A stretch of 20,000 bases of DNA from contig ML992506.1 of the NCBI GenBank assembly GCA_010093995.1, positions 545,285-565,284 of the forward strand, given 5' to 3'. The translations under genes were made by a program, and so were the position numbers. This document shows, piece by piece, positions 10,806 to 20,000 of this stretch; positions within the stretch are counted from its first letter, which is position 1, and every line of letters begins with the position of its first letter. This DNA is from Elsinoe ampelina (Eukaryota). The notes under the pieces were generated by a model. That model was not told where the DNA came from. It saw only the letters and a program-made list of their open reading frames with translations, and did not search any database.

Positions 10806-12137
10806 TCACCCTCCACTGCTAGCAATAGTCGGCGCTGCTTCTTGCACCGAAGCTCTGCCATTGACTTGTACAGTGACCTCTCCTTCCAGCGTCTCCAAGG
10901 TACCTTCGATCTCAATCCCAGTCCCGTCCTCCCCGACTCTAGGCAACGCTCTCACCACATAGAACTGCCCAGCATAGGTCGGCTTCCTGTACTGAATCTC
11001 CAACTCCTTCAGCTCCCTCCAATCCTCTCCTTCACCATTCCTCGTTCCACCTTCCCTGAGCTTCGCACTCGGTATCACCTCCGTCCTAAACAACTCCGCT
11101 GCCACTCCCAGCTTCTCCCCCATCAACGTCGCTAGCAACCCTCCATGCACCGTATCTGGCCAACCACACAATCCCTTCCCTAGATACACAACCGCTACCA
11201 ACTCCGTCTCCCTCCGATTCCAAAACACCCTCTGCACCGCCAATCCTCTACTCCCACCCAACGCCCCCTCCACCATCCCCCCTCCAAACCTTGCATCCCC
11301 CTTCCCCTCTCCTTCATCCCCGAAATCAACCTCCAACCCCAACGCCTCCGCCTGCTGCCTCAACCCCTCCAACCTCTCCTCCCTCCCACCTTTATTCCCA
11401 AGATTCACCCCTTCCTCCCCCACCCCTCCCATCGCAACAATCTCCCTCTCCCTCTCCTCCACAACCGCAGCATTCGCCCTCTTCTCCGCCTCAAACCTCA
11501 ACTCCGCACTCCTCACCCTCCCAACCGTCTCCATCCCTGCTCCCCCCACAGCCCCCTCCTCATCTCCCCCTCGCATCTCAAGCTCCCTCCAATCCCCCCC
11601 TCCTTCCCCCCTAATCGCCCGCCCAGCAGCCACGCACTTCCCCCTATAAACCTTCACAAGGAACAACCCATCCACCGCCCTCTCCAACCTCGCCATCTCT
11701 TTCCCATCCTCCTCCGACCCCGGCTCGGGGGGACTCGCGAGCCAGGACGCCGTGAAGTACGTCGTCGCGCCTAGCCCCGCGACCAGCGACAGCAGGAACG
11801 GCAGGGCGGCGCGCGCCCGGGCGTTGAACGGCCGCCATTGCGCTTTCAGCGCCGAGGTGGTGGAGCTGAGTGTCGGCGGGGCGGAGGGGGTGGGGCGTTT
11901 GGGGAGGGGTTGCCCTGGTTTGGGGGCGGGCCGGATGTGGTTTGTTGCGTAGGTTGGGGGAGGGGGGAGGCGGGAGGGGTTGGGTGTTGGGCGGAGGGCG
12001 GGGCGGAGTGGGAGGCGCTTCATTTTGGGTCGGGGGGTTATGAGGCTTTTGACATGTCGGGATGTGGTGGAGGATGAGGCACGGCGATTGAGGTTGGGGT
12101 TTGTGCTCGAGGGAAGGAAGAATGGCGTGTTCGTCAT
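10806..12137 (-). CDS. HotDog-fold thioesterase family protein (Fmp10/THEM4-like), probably mitochondrial; the start may instead be the later Met of MKRLPLRP
   Basis: Single 443-aa ORF: basic, Pro/Arg-rich N-terminus, one TM segment, then YLGKGLCGWPDTVHGGLLATLMGE and LEIQYRKPT typical of this family. Confidence 0.75.
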   Translation of the reverse strand: MTNTPFFLPSSTNPNLNRRASSSTTSRHVKSLITPRPKMKRLPLRPALRPTPNPSRLPPPPTYATNHIRPAPKPGQPLPKRPTPSAPPTLSSTTSALKAQWRPFNARARAALPFLLSLVAGLGATTYFTASWLASPPEPGSEEDGKEMARLERAVDGLFLVKVYRGKCVAAGRAIRGEGGGDWRELEMRGGDEEGAVGGAGMETVGRVRSAELRFEAEKRANAAVVEEREREIVAMGGVGEEGVNLGNKGGREERLEGLRQQAEALGLEVDFGDEGEGKGDARFGGGMVEGALGGSRGLAVQRVFWNRRETELVAVVYLGKGLCGWPDTVHGGLLATLMGEKLGVAAELFRTEVIPSAKLREGGTRNGEGEDWRELKELEIQYRKPTYAGQFYVVRALPRVGEDGTGIEIEGTLETLEGEVTVQVNGRASVQEAAPTIASSGG

Positions 12138-12545
12138 TTTTGCGGTTGCGGGGACAGCTGAAGCTTAACGACGAGCTGTGACATGTGAACGGATCTGCAG
12201 AAGCGATACATCTTAGGAGGGCGAAATGGCACGAATATGCGGAAATGATTCCTTTCTTGCTCTGGTGTGGTGTGGCTAGCTAATTGTAACAGCACCCAAC
12301 GCTGCAGTTTTGAGGAGGTCTCTAATTCGACTCGAACCCCTCATAAAGACCGTGGAGCCATGCTGACCTTCCCTTCTCTGCTTACGTTGGAAGAAGTAAA
12401 TAAAGTACAATCATGCGCGTCCGACTATCGTTGAAGCCATCGCTACGCTTGTCGAAGCTGCCATGCGTCTTCGTCTCTGTCGCGATCCTCCCACGCTCAC
12501 TATCCCATCATGACGCCATTGCTCCGCATGAAATAGACTCGTCGA

Positions 12546-13604
12546 TCAAAAGAAGAAGTATGCGATGAGGAAGCAGAGCAAGCAGAGACCAGCAACCACT
12601 TGCACAGGAACGCCACTGGCAGGACTTTGCTGGACACCGAGTCCTGCAGCGACACGATCCTTGGCGTCCTTGCTGGATGCTTCTGTCTTTCGTTGCCTCA
12701 AACCCGAGTCCTGAGCTTGAGATTGGAGTTTGGCGATTTGTGCCTTTGCGGCATCTAGCTGACTCTTGAGGTCATCGGAGGATGTTGGGATGGTACTGGA
12801 TACTGAAGCGGCAGCTGCACCGACCGCAGATCTATCAGTCGCAGGGTTGTAAGCCGAAGCCACTGCATCGCCGAGATGCTTGTTGTCTTCAGGTCGAGAC
12901 TCGGGCCTGGAGACTGGTCCCGCGGGGCTGGCTTCGGAACCTCGCTGCGGCGTGCGCGGAGCTGGAGTTGGAGAGTCGCGCGAGAATGATTCGTCACCAT
13001 GGCTGACACCATTGACGCCGGAGCCATCCGCTGGCAGGAACGAAACACGAATCTTCTTTTCCTGTATGTTGGACTTGGCTGTCTGCTCGATGTGCTGCCA
13101 CTGTCACGTGTCAATGTATAGCCAACCTATTATCAATCTCCAACACTCACGACCTGCTGGATATTCGAGAACTCGTTGTTCGCGTCAATTGCGATCGATT
13201 GAACCAAGAACTTGTCCCTGCATCTTGCGTCGAGTGGTGGATCCTCCTTCATAGCCTGCAGCAGTACCTGAACCTCTACCTCGGACTTGGGATCAATTCG
13301 GCCAGAATTAGGACGGACGCAGTATCTGTGATGGGTGAGCTTTGGAACATGGTGATAGGCGAGCTTGCGAACTGCTTTGGAGCTGTTGTCTTGACCTTGG
13401 GAACGTTAGTTGAGCTTGAGTTGAGGCTGGGCGGCACTGACTTTGAAGGCGACTGGAAGCTGTCCAGGATTATACAGCCGCAAGATCTGTGAGACTTCCT
13501 GGGTGAAAGGGCCTAGCTTCCGTCAGATAGCTGCAGACTAGACAGTATGCGCGATAGAACCTACGCTTGAAGCCCAGTTCCGCGGGTTCCAGCTCGACCG
13601 ACAT
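12546..13604 (-). CDS. SCS2: VAMP-associated protein (VAP/Scs2, MSP domain) with C-terminal TM anchor; five exons
   Basis: Spliced product MSVELEPAELGFKRPFTQEVSQILRL...VAFKVKTTAPKQYCVRPNSG...CRDKFLVQS...QEKKIRVSFLP...GVPVQVVAGLCLLCFLIAYFFF*. Introns 13513-13564, 13396-13441, 13326-13372 and one near 13100-13150. Confidence 0.92.
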
Positions 13605-14083
13605 TGTGAGAGATATTGGTCGAGATTGTGAGAGGTAATCACTCAATCGCAAAATTGGCACGCTCGTGTGTCGCCGGCGGGGTGTAGATGAAAGCAAGAA
13701 GTTTTGAGAGGTTCAGAAAACAGGGCTCTGTGATCAGGGTATGGTAAAGTGGGAAGAATCCACGGAGGAGGCTTGAGCCAAGCGTAGGTCATCTGTCGTC
13801 CGGCATCTCCGGCCCGCGTTCCACAGAGGACCCCACGTCGTTATCTGGAGCAGCTCTTCGCATCTACCTTAAACTTCGTGCTCACGTTTGCTTATTCACT
13901 CCCATCTGAAGCCAATAACATCCTGATTTTGCTTTCACTCCGACGTAAAGGTCAAAATTTGGAATTACTGTCTTTCCTATCCCACATTCACCACACCAAA
14001 TTCTGGCGGCTTCTGATTCCAAGCCTTCCCATTACATCGATAGAGCCCGTATACCATTCACGTGGGCTGTCATCTGAGTCGCG

Positions 14084-14998
14084 ATGTCAGACCTGGAGAC
14101 TTTGAAGGAGATGGGATTCGATGAGGAAAAGGCTTCCTTCGCTGTCAAGAAGGGCGGCAACCTGCAAGGCGCCATCGATTGGCTGGAACGAAACCAAGAC
14201 AAGTCCATCGAAGAGCTCAGAGAGGACGCGGCGGAAGAGCCCGATGCTCCCATTATCCCCGCCGGCGAGTCCGCACGGTCTCTCGTCTGCAAAGACTGCG
14301 GCAAGAAGTTCCGTTCACAGGCACAAGCAGAATTCCACGCCAGCAAATCCGAGCACATGAACTTCGAAGAGTCCACCGAGGAAATCGCCCCTCTTACAGA
14401 AGAAGAGAAGAAAGCCAAACTTGAGGAACTTCGTCAAAAGCTCGCGGCCAAGCGTGCAGGTCAGTCAGAAGAGGACAAGCTGGCCAAGAAGCGCAACGAG
14501 GAGATCTCGCGCAAGAAAGCCAAGGATCTCCAAGACATCAAGGAGGAGCTCGCGAAGAAGGAACAGATCAAAGAAGCGCAGAAGAAGAGACAGGAAAAGC
14601 AAGCCGATATTGAAGCCAAGAAGCGTATCAAGGCCAAGATCGAAGAAGACAAGGAAGCACGCAGGCTCAAAGCTGAGCAAGAGAAGGCTGCTCGTGCAGG
14701 TCAACCCGTACCTGTCGCTGCAGAGCCAGTAGCTGCGCCGAAGCCATCTGCTCCAAAGGCAGCAGCGAGTTACACCGAAGCACGACTCCGTCTGCAAACT
14801 CCAAACGGCACACTCCAGAAGACATTCCCAGTGGAGACCACACTATTTGAGGTCGCGCATGCCATATCACAGGAGTCTGGGTTTCAAGTGTCGAGCTTCA
14901 CGACCAACTTCCCGAAGAAGACGTACGACAATCAGGACTTTGGTCAGTCACTCAAGGAGGCTGGGCTGGTGCCTAGTGCCGCATTGATCGTCAAGTGA
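14084..14998 (+). CDS. UBA + C2H2 zinc finger + coiled coil + UBX domain protein (UBXN1/SAKS1-like Cdc48 adaptor)
   Basis: LKEMGF...AIDWL (UBA), CKDCGKKFRSQAQAEFHASKSEH (C2H2), K/E-rich coil, RLRLQTPNG...TNFPKK...LKEAGLVPSAALIV (UBX). Confidence 0.9.
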   Translation: MSDLETLKEMGFDEEKASFAVKKGGNLQGAIDWLERNQDKSIEELREDAAEEPDAPIIPAGESARSLVCKDCGKKFRSQAQAEFHASKSEHMNFEESTEEIAPLTEEEKKAKLEELRQKLAAKRAGQSEEDKLAKKRNEEISRKKAKDLQDIKEELAKKEQIKEAQKKRQEKQADIEAKKRIKAKIEEDKEARRLKAEQEKAARAGQPVPVAAEPVAAPKPSAPKAAASYTEARLRLQTPNGTLQKTFPVETTLFEVAHAISQESGFQVSSFTTNFPKKTYDNQDFGQSLKEAGLVPSAALIVK

Positions 14999-15274
14999 GC
15001 GGCACAAGAAGCGAGTGATGATGACGATGAGACGAAGCGATGATCTCAAGCATACTGATAGTGAACCATGGAAAGGGCTGTAGCTGAGGAAGTGGCATAG
15101 CTGGGATAGTGCTGGTAGTTATACGGCCACAAAAGCCTGCGTGCAGGGTACAGAGTGCGCTCTTGCACAAACAGACCTCAGCACAACGTCTGTTGCTTTC
15201 ATCCCATGGTGCCAATCGGGTGAGGAGTGGGAAAGCACAGTGGTAGTAAAAAGTAGATATGTGAGACGCGCCAT

Positions 15275-16434
15275 CTACGTTGATAATCGAGCCTTCTTCG
15301 TCGTCTTCTTCTCCTTTCGACCCTTTGTCCGCTTCGTGCCGACACTGGTGGTTCCATCAGCCTTATCCGCTGCCTTCACGATCGCAGGAACCTCTTCTGC
15401 CACACCCGCAACAGCATCGACCACAGCCTCAGCCACAGCCTCCGCAATCTCCTCCACCACATCTTCCCCAATCGTCACCTTCTCCCCCTCCCCCGCCTCC
15501 AGCTTCCTCGGCACACTCTCCACCGCCCTGACCTCCGGCATCTCAAACTCATACCCCAACTCCCTCAACTTCCCCTCCTTACTCTTCCTCCTCTTCTCCT
15601 CCTTCTTGACCCTCTTCTCCCACCCCTCCCTCCCCGTCCCCCTCTCCAAAACCCCTCTCTCGACTTGATTCCTCGGCATAGCCTTGAACCTCCTCCCCGC
15701 CCCCTTCCACAACTCAGGATGCACCTGCTCGTCCTTGAGCCGTCTCACCTGCAGGATATGCCCGAACATGAGGTACTTGTCCATCGTCTTGGCCACAATG
15801 TCAGCCACGGCGCCGCTCTCGAACTCGATGAAGCCGTAGTGCTTCGGGCGGCCGGAGAGCTTGTTCCTGCTGAGACGCAGGCGCGTGATGGTGCCGAATT
15901 GCGAGAAGTAGGCTTTCATTTGGGGCTCGTAGAAGCCGTGGGGGATGCGGCCGATGTAGATCACGCCGGGGAGGGAGTCGGGGTCCGAGGCGGCGGTTTT
16001 GAGCTGTTTTTGGAGGTCGGTGGAGGTGGGCAGGGGTGGGATGGAGGTGATGGCGGCGGGGAGGGTGGGTTCTGCTTCGGAGTCGCTGGAGAAGCCGGCG
16101 AGGAGGGCGGCTTGGTCTGCTGTGCTGGGGGTGGCTTCGTCTTCGGAGGAGAAGCCGGCGAAGTCATCGTTGCTGGCGATAGGAGTGGTGGATGACTTCT
16201 TGGATGATTTGGCGGTTCTGCTTGCGTCTATCGAGCTCTTGGTGGAAGCAGGCTTCACGGTCGTGCTCTTGACCTCTAGGGTCTTCGTCTTCGAGTTGCC
16301 CTTCGTTGGTGTGACCTTTGTTCGCTTGGTGATCGTGGTTGTTTCTGGAGCGCCTGGAGATCATTAGAGGAAGGCTCAAAGCTACGCACTGCAATTGATA
16401 TACCCTTGCGCTTCTTGGAGATTGATTCTGCCAT
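15275..16434 (-). CDS. NOP15: Nucleolar RRM protein, 60S biogenesis factor Nop15/NIFK; exons 16434-16404, 16353-15275
   Basis: GVIYIGRIPHGFYEPQMKAYFSQFG, RLRLSRNKLSGRPKHYGFIEF, VAKTMDKYLMFGHIL; first exon MAESISKKRK joins in frame via intron 16354-16403. Confidence 0.9.
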
Positions 16435-16612
16435 TCTTGAAAGGGTCTGCGCCGACTTGTTCGCGTAGTTGAAAAGAACAAGCGGTGATGCGGAGGTCGA
16501 GAAATTCTGGATATTTTTTGAGACCCACGAGTCAGGGCGTGCAGCTCGCCAAGCGGGACCATCAACTTCAGCACGATCAGCGCATCTAGTGTTCACAGAC
16601 ACATGCCAGAGT

Positions 16613-17234
16613 ATGTCGAATTACGATCAGACTCATCGAGAAACCTGGGACGATAGCGAACTAGTGAATTCGTGGAATGATGCATTGGACGAATACAAGG
16701 TCGACACCCTGAAGCTCATCCTTCCTTCACACTGACATCTTGCAGAAATACCACAGCATCGCTGCAAAGGGGGAGAGTATTGATGATATGATTACACAGT
16801 TCAATAATGGAGAGACATCTGGGCAAGTATCACTTTCTTTTCACCTTTCATTGCTAACTTTCCGTAGCAAAGCGCCACCACAGACACAGCAGCCATTCGC
16901 AGCCAACGACGACGAGGATGAATACATGCCAGAAGCTGCGATTTCACCATCAAAGGTGCCAGTCCAAGATGTTGGCTCGTCAACGAATCATGCCCAGGTA
17001 CACCACGCAGTACAGTCACAGGCCACACTGCCTCAAGGTGTGCCACAGGCCTTGCTTGCTTCGGGTCAGTGCAAAAAACAGCTTTGAGACGATTGCTAAC
17101 AAGGCATAGTGCAAGACGAGAACATACGCAACCTCATGATGTCTTGGTACTACGCCGGATACTACACTGGCTTCTTTGAGGGACAGCAAAAGGCGCACAG
17201 TGATATCAATGCTGGAGACAACACACGAGGATGA
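16613..17234 (+). CDS. SMN1: Survival motor neuron (SMN/Smn1)-like protein; exons 16613-16699, 16746-16822, 16868-17064, 17110-17234
   Basis: N-terminal Gemin2-binding-type motif WDDSELVNSWNDALDEYK|KYHS and C-terminal YG box NLMMSWYYAGYYTG; no Tudor domain apparent; three short introns. Confidence 0.88.
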
Positions 17235-17535
17235 AGGGCAGAGACCCTGGACAGAAATCTCCAAGATTGGTCTCCTTAGAAACAACACTGTCGACGATAG
17301 TCTTTCAATGTTCTCCTGCAAATTGACGCATAGCAGCGATCAGAGCATTCGCAGGATGCCAAAAATGTGACTTGTCCGTATGGAGATGGGGCGCTTATCG
17401 GGTATGTTCTATTGGGTAGGGTCGATCGGATCCAGTAACGCTAATTCAATTCGAAAGAATGCCTCCAACTACCTTTGCTGGAAGAATGAGCACGATCAAA
17501 CACGGCAGGCCAGTGGTTGAGGGGCCAGATGACGA

Positions 17536-17850
17536 TTACTTCTTTTGTCCGGCTTCGGCCTTCTTCGCATCGGCTATCTCACGTATCAGCAAGATTATTG
17601 TACGTGAAGGGCGACATAGACCTACCAGCAGCCTGTTTCGCGCGCATGATAGATGCAGCGTCTTCCTTGGCCTTTTGAAACTCTGTGCCAGACATGGTGT
17701 TCTTCGTTTTCTGCTGAGAGTCAGTCGCTCATCATCAATCAGGACTAGACCGATCGTGCAGCTGCCAATCATGTGACGTGAACATACCACTCCAGCAGCG
17801 GCCTTTTGTGCCTTTTCACGAGCCTTGTCTCGCTGATTGCCACGTGCCAT
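17536..17850 (-). CDS. Small EDRK-rich factor (SERF/4F5 family), about 61 aa; exons 17850-17788, 17710-17626, 17573-17536
   Basis: MARGNQRDKAREKAQK...KTKNTMSGTEFQKAKEDAASIMRAKQAAADAKK; introns with GTATGT and GTAGGT donors and CTGAY branch points. Confidence 0.9.
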   Translation of the reverse strand: MARGNQRDKAREKAQKAAAGVVCSRHMIGSCTIGLVLIDDERLTLSRKRRTPCLAQSFKRPRKTLHLSCARNRLLVGLCRPSRTIILLIREIADAKKAEAGQKK

Positions 17851-18203
17851 TCCGGTAGATTCTTTAGACTTGTGGATCGATCTGGTGGTACGGTGTTCTC
17901 TGGTCTGTGCGAGCTTTCACAAGCGCTTTGGTGACTGTGCTTTGATGGTTTGTTTGGTGTCCTGGAAAGAAAAGAATAGACATTGATGAGTAGGCTGACT
18001 GGTCCAGAAGAAGGCCACGCACGGACCAGTCGAGATTTCCATTTCTGGCGGCGCTTGTGCTACCTAAACCTTCGTTGCTGCTTTGCTTTCTCCCAACTTC
18101 ACATGGCTTTCGACAACAATCTCGTCGGCCACAATTGCAGCTGCATCTTCCCTCACGATTGTACATACATTGCTGACCGACGCCGGAGACAACAGCGATC
18201 TAC

Positions 18204-18463
18204 TGTTGACTTGTGTGGGGGAGGAAAAAGGATTGATTACTGCCTGATCCACTAAACTAAGGTGGATTGTAACTACATAAATACTTAACCTAATAAACTG
18301 AGAGATAGATAAATCAATAGAACTCCTAAGTAATAACAGATTAAGACAATAACTATCTAATTTAATTATGAATTAGTAGAGTAGTAGATAAGTGTTTAGT
18401 TCCACTAGGGGATAAACTAAATCAGGGTCCTTCTTGGCGCTCTAGCTTATACCTCGGTTAACA
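18204..18463 (-). repeat. 3' LTR of the Copia element, about 260 bp
   Basis: Bounded by TGTTGAC (18204) and GTTAACA (18463), an inverted repeat with a single C>T change at a CpA; abuts a polypurine tract on the internal side. Confidence 0.75.
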
Positions 18464-18472
18464 CACCCCTTT
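18464..18472 (-). other. Polypurine tract of the Copia element
   Basis: Minus strand AAAGGGGTG immediately precedes the LTR start TGTTAACC and lies just downstream of the RNase H relic. Confidence 0.7.
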
Positions 18473-18669
18473 ACTAAATAGCTATAAGGCTGTTATAGCT
18501 AGTTAGTAGACTACTAACTCGAGGGATAGCTATTATAAGAAGGTCTTATACCTTCTAGGTAGTAATAACTTAGTTAATCTATTAGCTAAGGTGTCTACTA
18601 ATAGTGTCTATATTACTAAGATAGGGCTAGATAGATCTCTAGCTTAATTAATCTCTTGTTTTAGCTAAT

Positions 18670-19165
18670 NNNNNNNNNNNNNNNNNNNNNNNNNNNNNNN
18701 NNNNNNNNNNNNNNNNNNNNNNNNNNNNNNNNNNNNNNNNNNNNNNNNNNNNNNNNNNNNNNNNNNNNNNNNNNNNNNNNNNNNNNNNNNNNNNNNNNNN
18801 NNNNNNNNNNNNNNNNNNNNNNNNNNNNNNNNNNNNNNNNNNNNNNNNNNNNNNNNNNNNNNNNNNNNNNNNNNNNNNNNNNNNNNNNNNNNNNNNNNNN
18901 NNNNNNNNNNNNNNNNNNNNNNNNNNNNNNNNNNNNNNNNNNNNNNNNNNNNNNNNNNNNNNNNNNNNNNNNNNNNNNNNNNNNNNNNNNNNNNNNNNNN
19001 NNNNNNNNNNNNNNNNNNNNNNNNNNNNNNNNNNNNNNNNNNNNNNNNNNNNNNNNNNNNNNNNNNNNNNNNNNNNNNNNNNNNNNNNNNNNNNNNNNNN
19101 NNNNNNNNNNNNNNNNNNNNNNNNNNNNNNNNNNNNNNNNNNNNNNNNNNNNNNNNNNNNNNNNN
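18670..19165. other. Assembly gap (496 N) inside the Copia pol region
   Basis: Run of N between the RT relic and the RNase H C-terminal relic. Confidence 0.99.
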
Positions 19166-20000
19166 CTCTAGTAAGTTAGTAATAGATTTATTAGATACTC
19201 TAACAATCTAGAAGTAGTAAAGGCTATATTAGGCCTTATAATAACTACTATAAAGTTAATAGATTCTACCTTTTACTAATATAGATAAATCTCTTATAGT
19301 AATACTTAGCCTTTATAAGGTTAAAGTATCTTAATTAGTAGTAGTATTAATACTAGCCTTATTAGTTCTATAATAAACTTACTATATATCTATTATATAT
19401 ACTAGGCTTAGCTAAGCTAGAGTCTCTTTATTAGTCTATCCCTTATAACTTAGATAGCTAGAAACTAGCTTAGATCTCTAAGTACCTTTATCTTATATCT
19501 AGTATAGAGAGCTATAATAATAGCATTAGCTTTCTCCTTATACTTCTTAAGATATATAATAGTAATATTATCTATAAAGAAGAAGATTATTACTTTAGGT
19601 ATTATCTAGAGGTATAGAGCCTTAGAGGCTTAAGTAAATCTAATACTCTTTAGAGTAGTAGTAAATTTAGTATACTAGAGAGCTAGGGCTTACTTTAGGC
19701 TATATAGTGCCTTATTAAGTAATAGAATTGCCTCTAATAGAGTAATACTAGAATAGTCCTTTATAAGATCCTCTACTACTAGCTTAAATCTAGTAGGGAT
19801 AGTATAGTAGATAGTCTTATTAATAGGACTATTAATATAAGTATTAATAACATCTATCTAGATAGCCTTTATATCTTTATAAGTAAGTAATACTATAAGT
19901 ATTCTAAAGATCTTAGCTGCTAGAGTTACTATATAAGTCTTAGATTTTATTAATTAGAGATTATCCCTTATATAGACTTTTACTTTATACTTTATAACCT
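19166..20000 (-). pseudogene. Copia reverse transcriptase pseudogene fragment
   Basis: One consistent reading frame with many TAA/TAG stops at positions expected to be Gln (CAA/CAG) or Trp (TGG). Confidence 0.9.

Larger units (their letters stand above)
18204..20000 (-). mobile_element. RIP-inactivated Ty1/Copia LTR retrotransposon (3' half), continuing beyond the right edge
   Basis: Minus-strand translation gives degenerate Copia RT motifs (LNKALYSLK*ALAL* for KALYGLKQAP.LW; FFFIDNI for YVDD; LS*FLAI*VIRDR; RPNIAF for RPDIAF) and the RNase H C-terminus (*LKQE...LANRLTK for LADGLTK). Very AT- and TpA-rich. Confidence 0.92.

Noticed and set aside
11291..11614. Pro/Ser-rich plus-strand ORF, and similar ones at 15141-15668 and 15961-16167
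   Set aside because: Artefacts of the compositional skew, antisense or off-frame to real genes.
13945..14043. Possible 5'-UTR intron of the UBX gene (GTAAAG..CTGAT..TAG)
   Set aside because: Signals are weak and cannot be supported without transcripts.
1..17850. A functional gene cluster, prokaryotic defence system or CRISPR array
   Set aside because: The genes are unrelated eukaryotic housekeeping functions with introns; no repeat-spacer array or secondary-metabolite backbone gene is present.

Overview
Eukaryotic DNA from a filamentous ascomycete (Pezizomycotina), judged by short introns with CTRAC-type branch points and RIP-type mutation. Bases 1-17.9 kb are a gene-dense block of ten protein-coding genes, most reconstructed by hand across introns: ADE4 (5' part), a RID/Masc1-type C5 DNA methyltransferase, a GH76 DCW1/DFG5-like mannanase, HEM3, a synaptobrevin v-SNARE, a HotDog thioesterase, a VAP/SCS2 protein, a UBA-C2H2-UBX protein, NOP15, an SMN homolog, plus a small SERF/4F5 gene as an eleventh. 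From 18204 to the end lies a heavily RIP-mutated Ty1/Copia LTR retrotransposon on the minus strand, with a recognisable LTR, polypurine tract, and RNase H and RT relics, interrupted by a 496-N gap. Highlights: a RID homolog with several atypical motif residues close to a saturated RIP target, a probable GC-AG intron in SMN, two genes with a sharp C-rich to G-rich skew flip, and an unexplained ~2 kb region at 3.6-5.6 kb. I found no clear evidence of a wholly new system. All calls come from manual reading, with no database searches.
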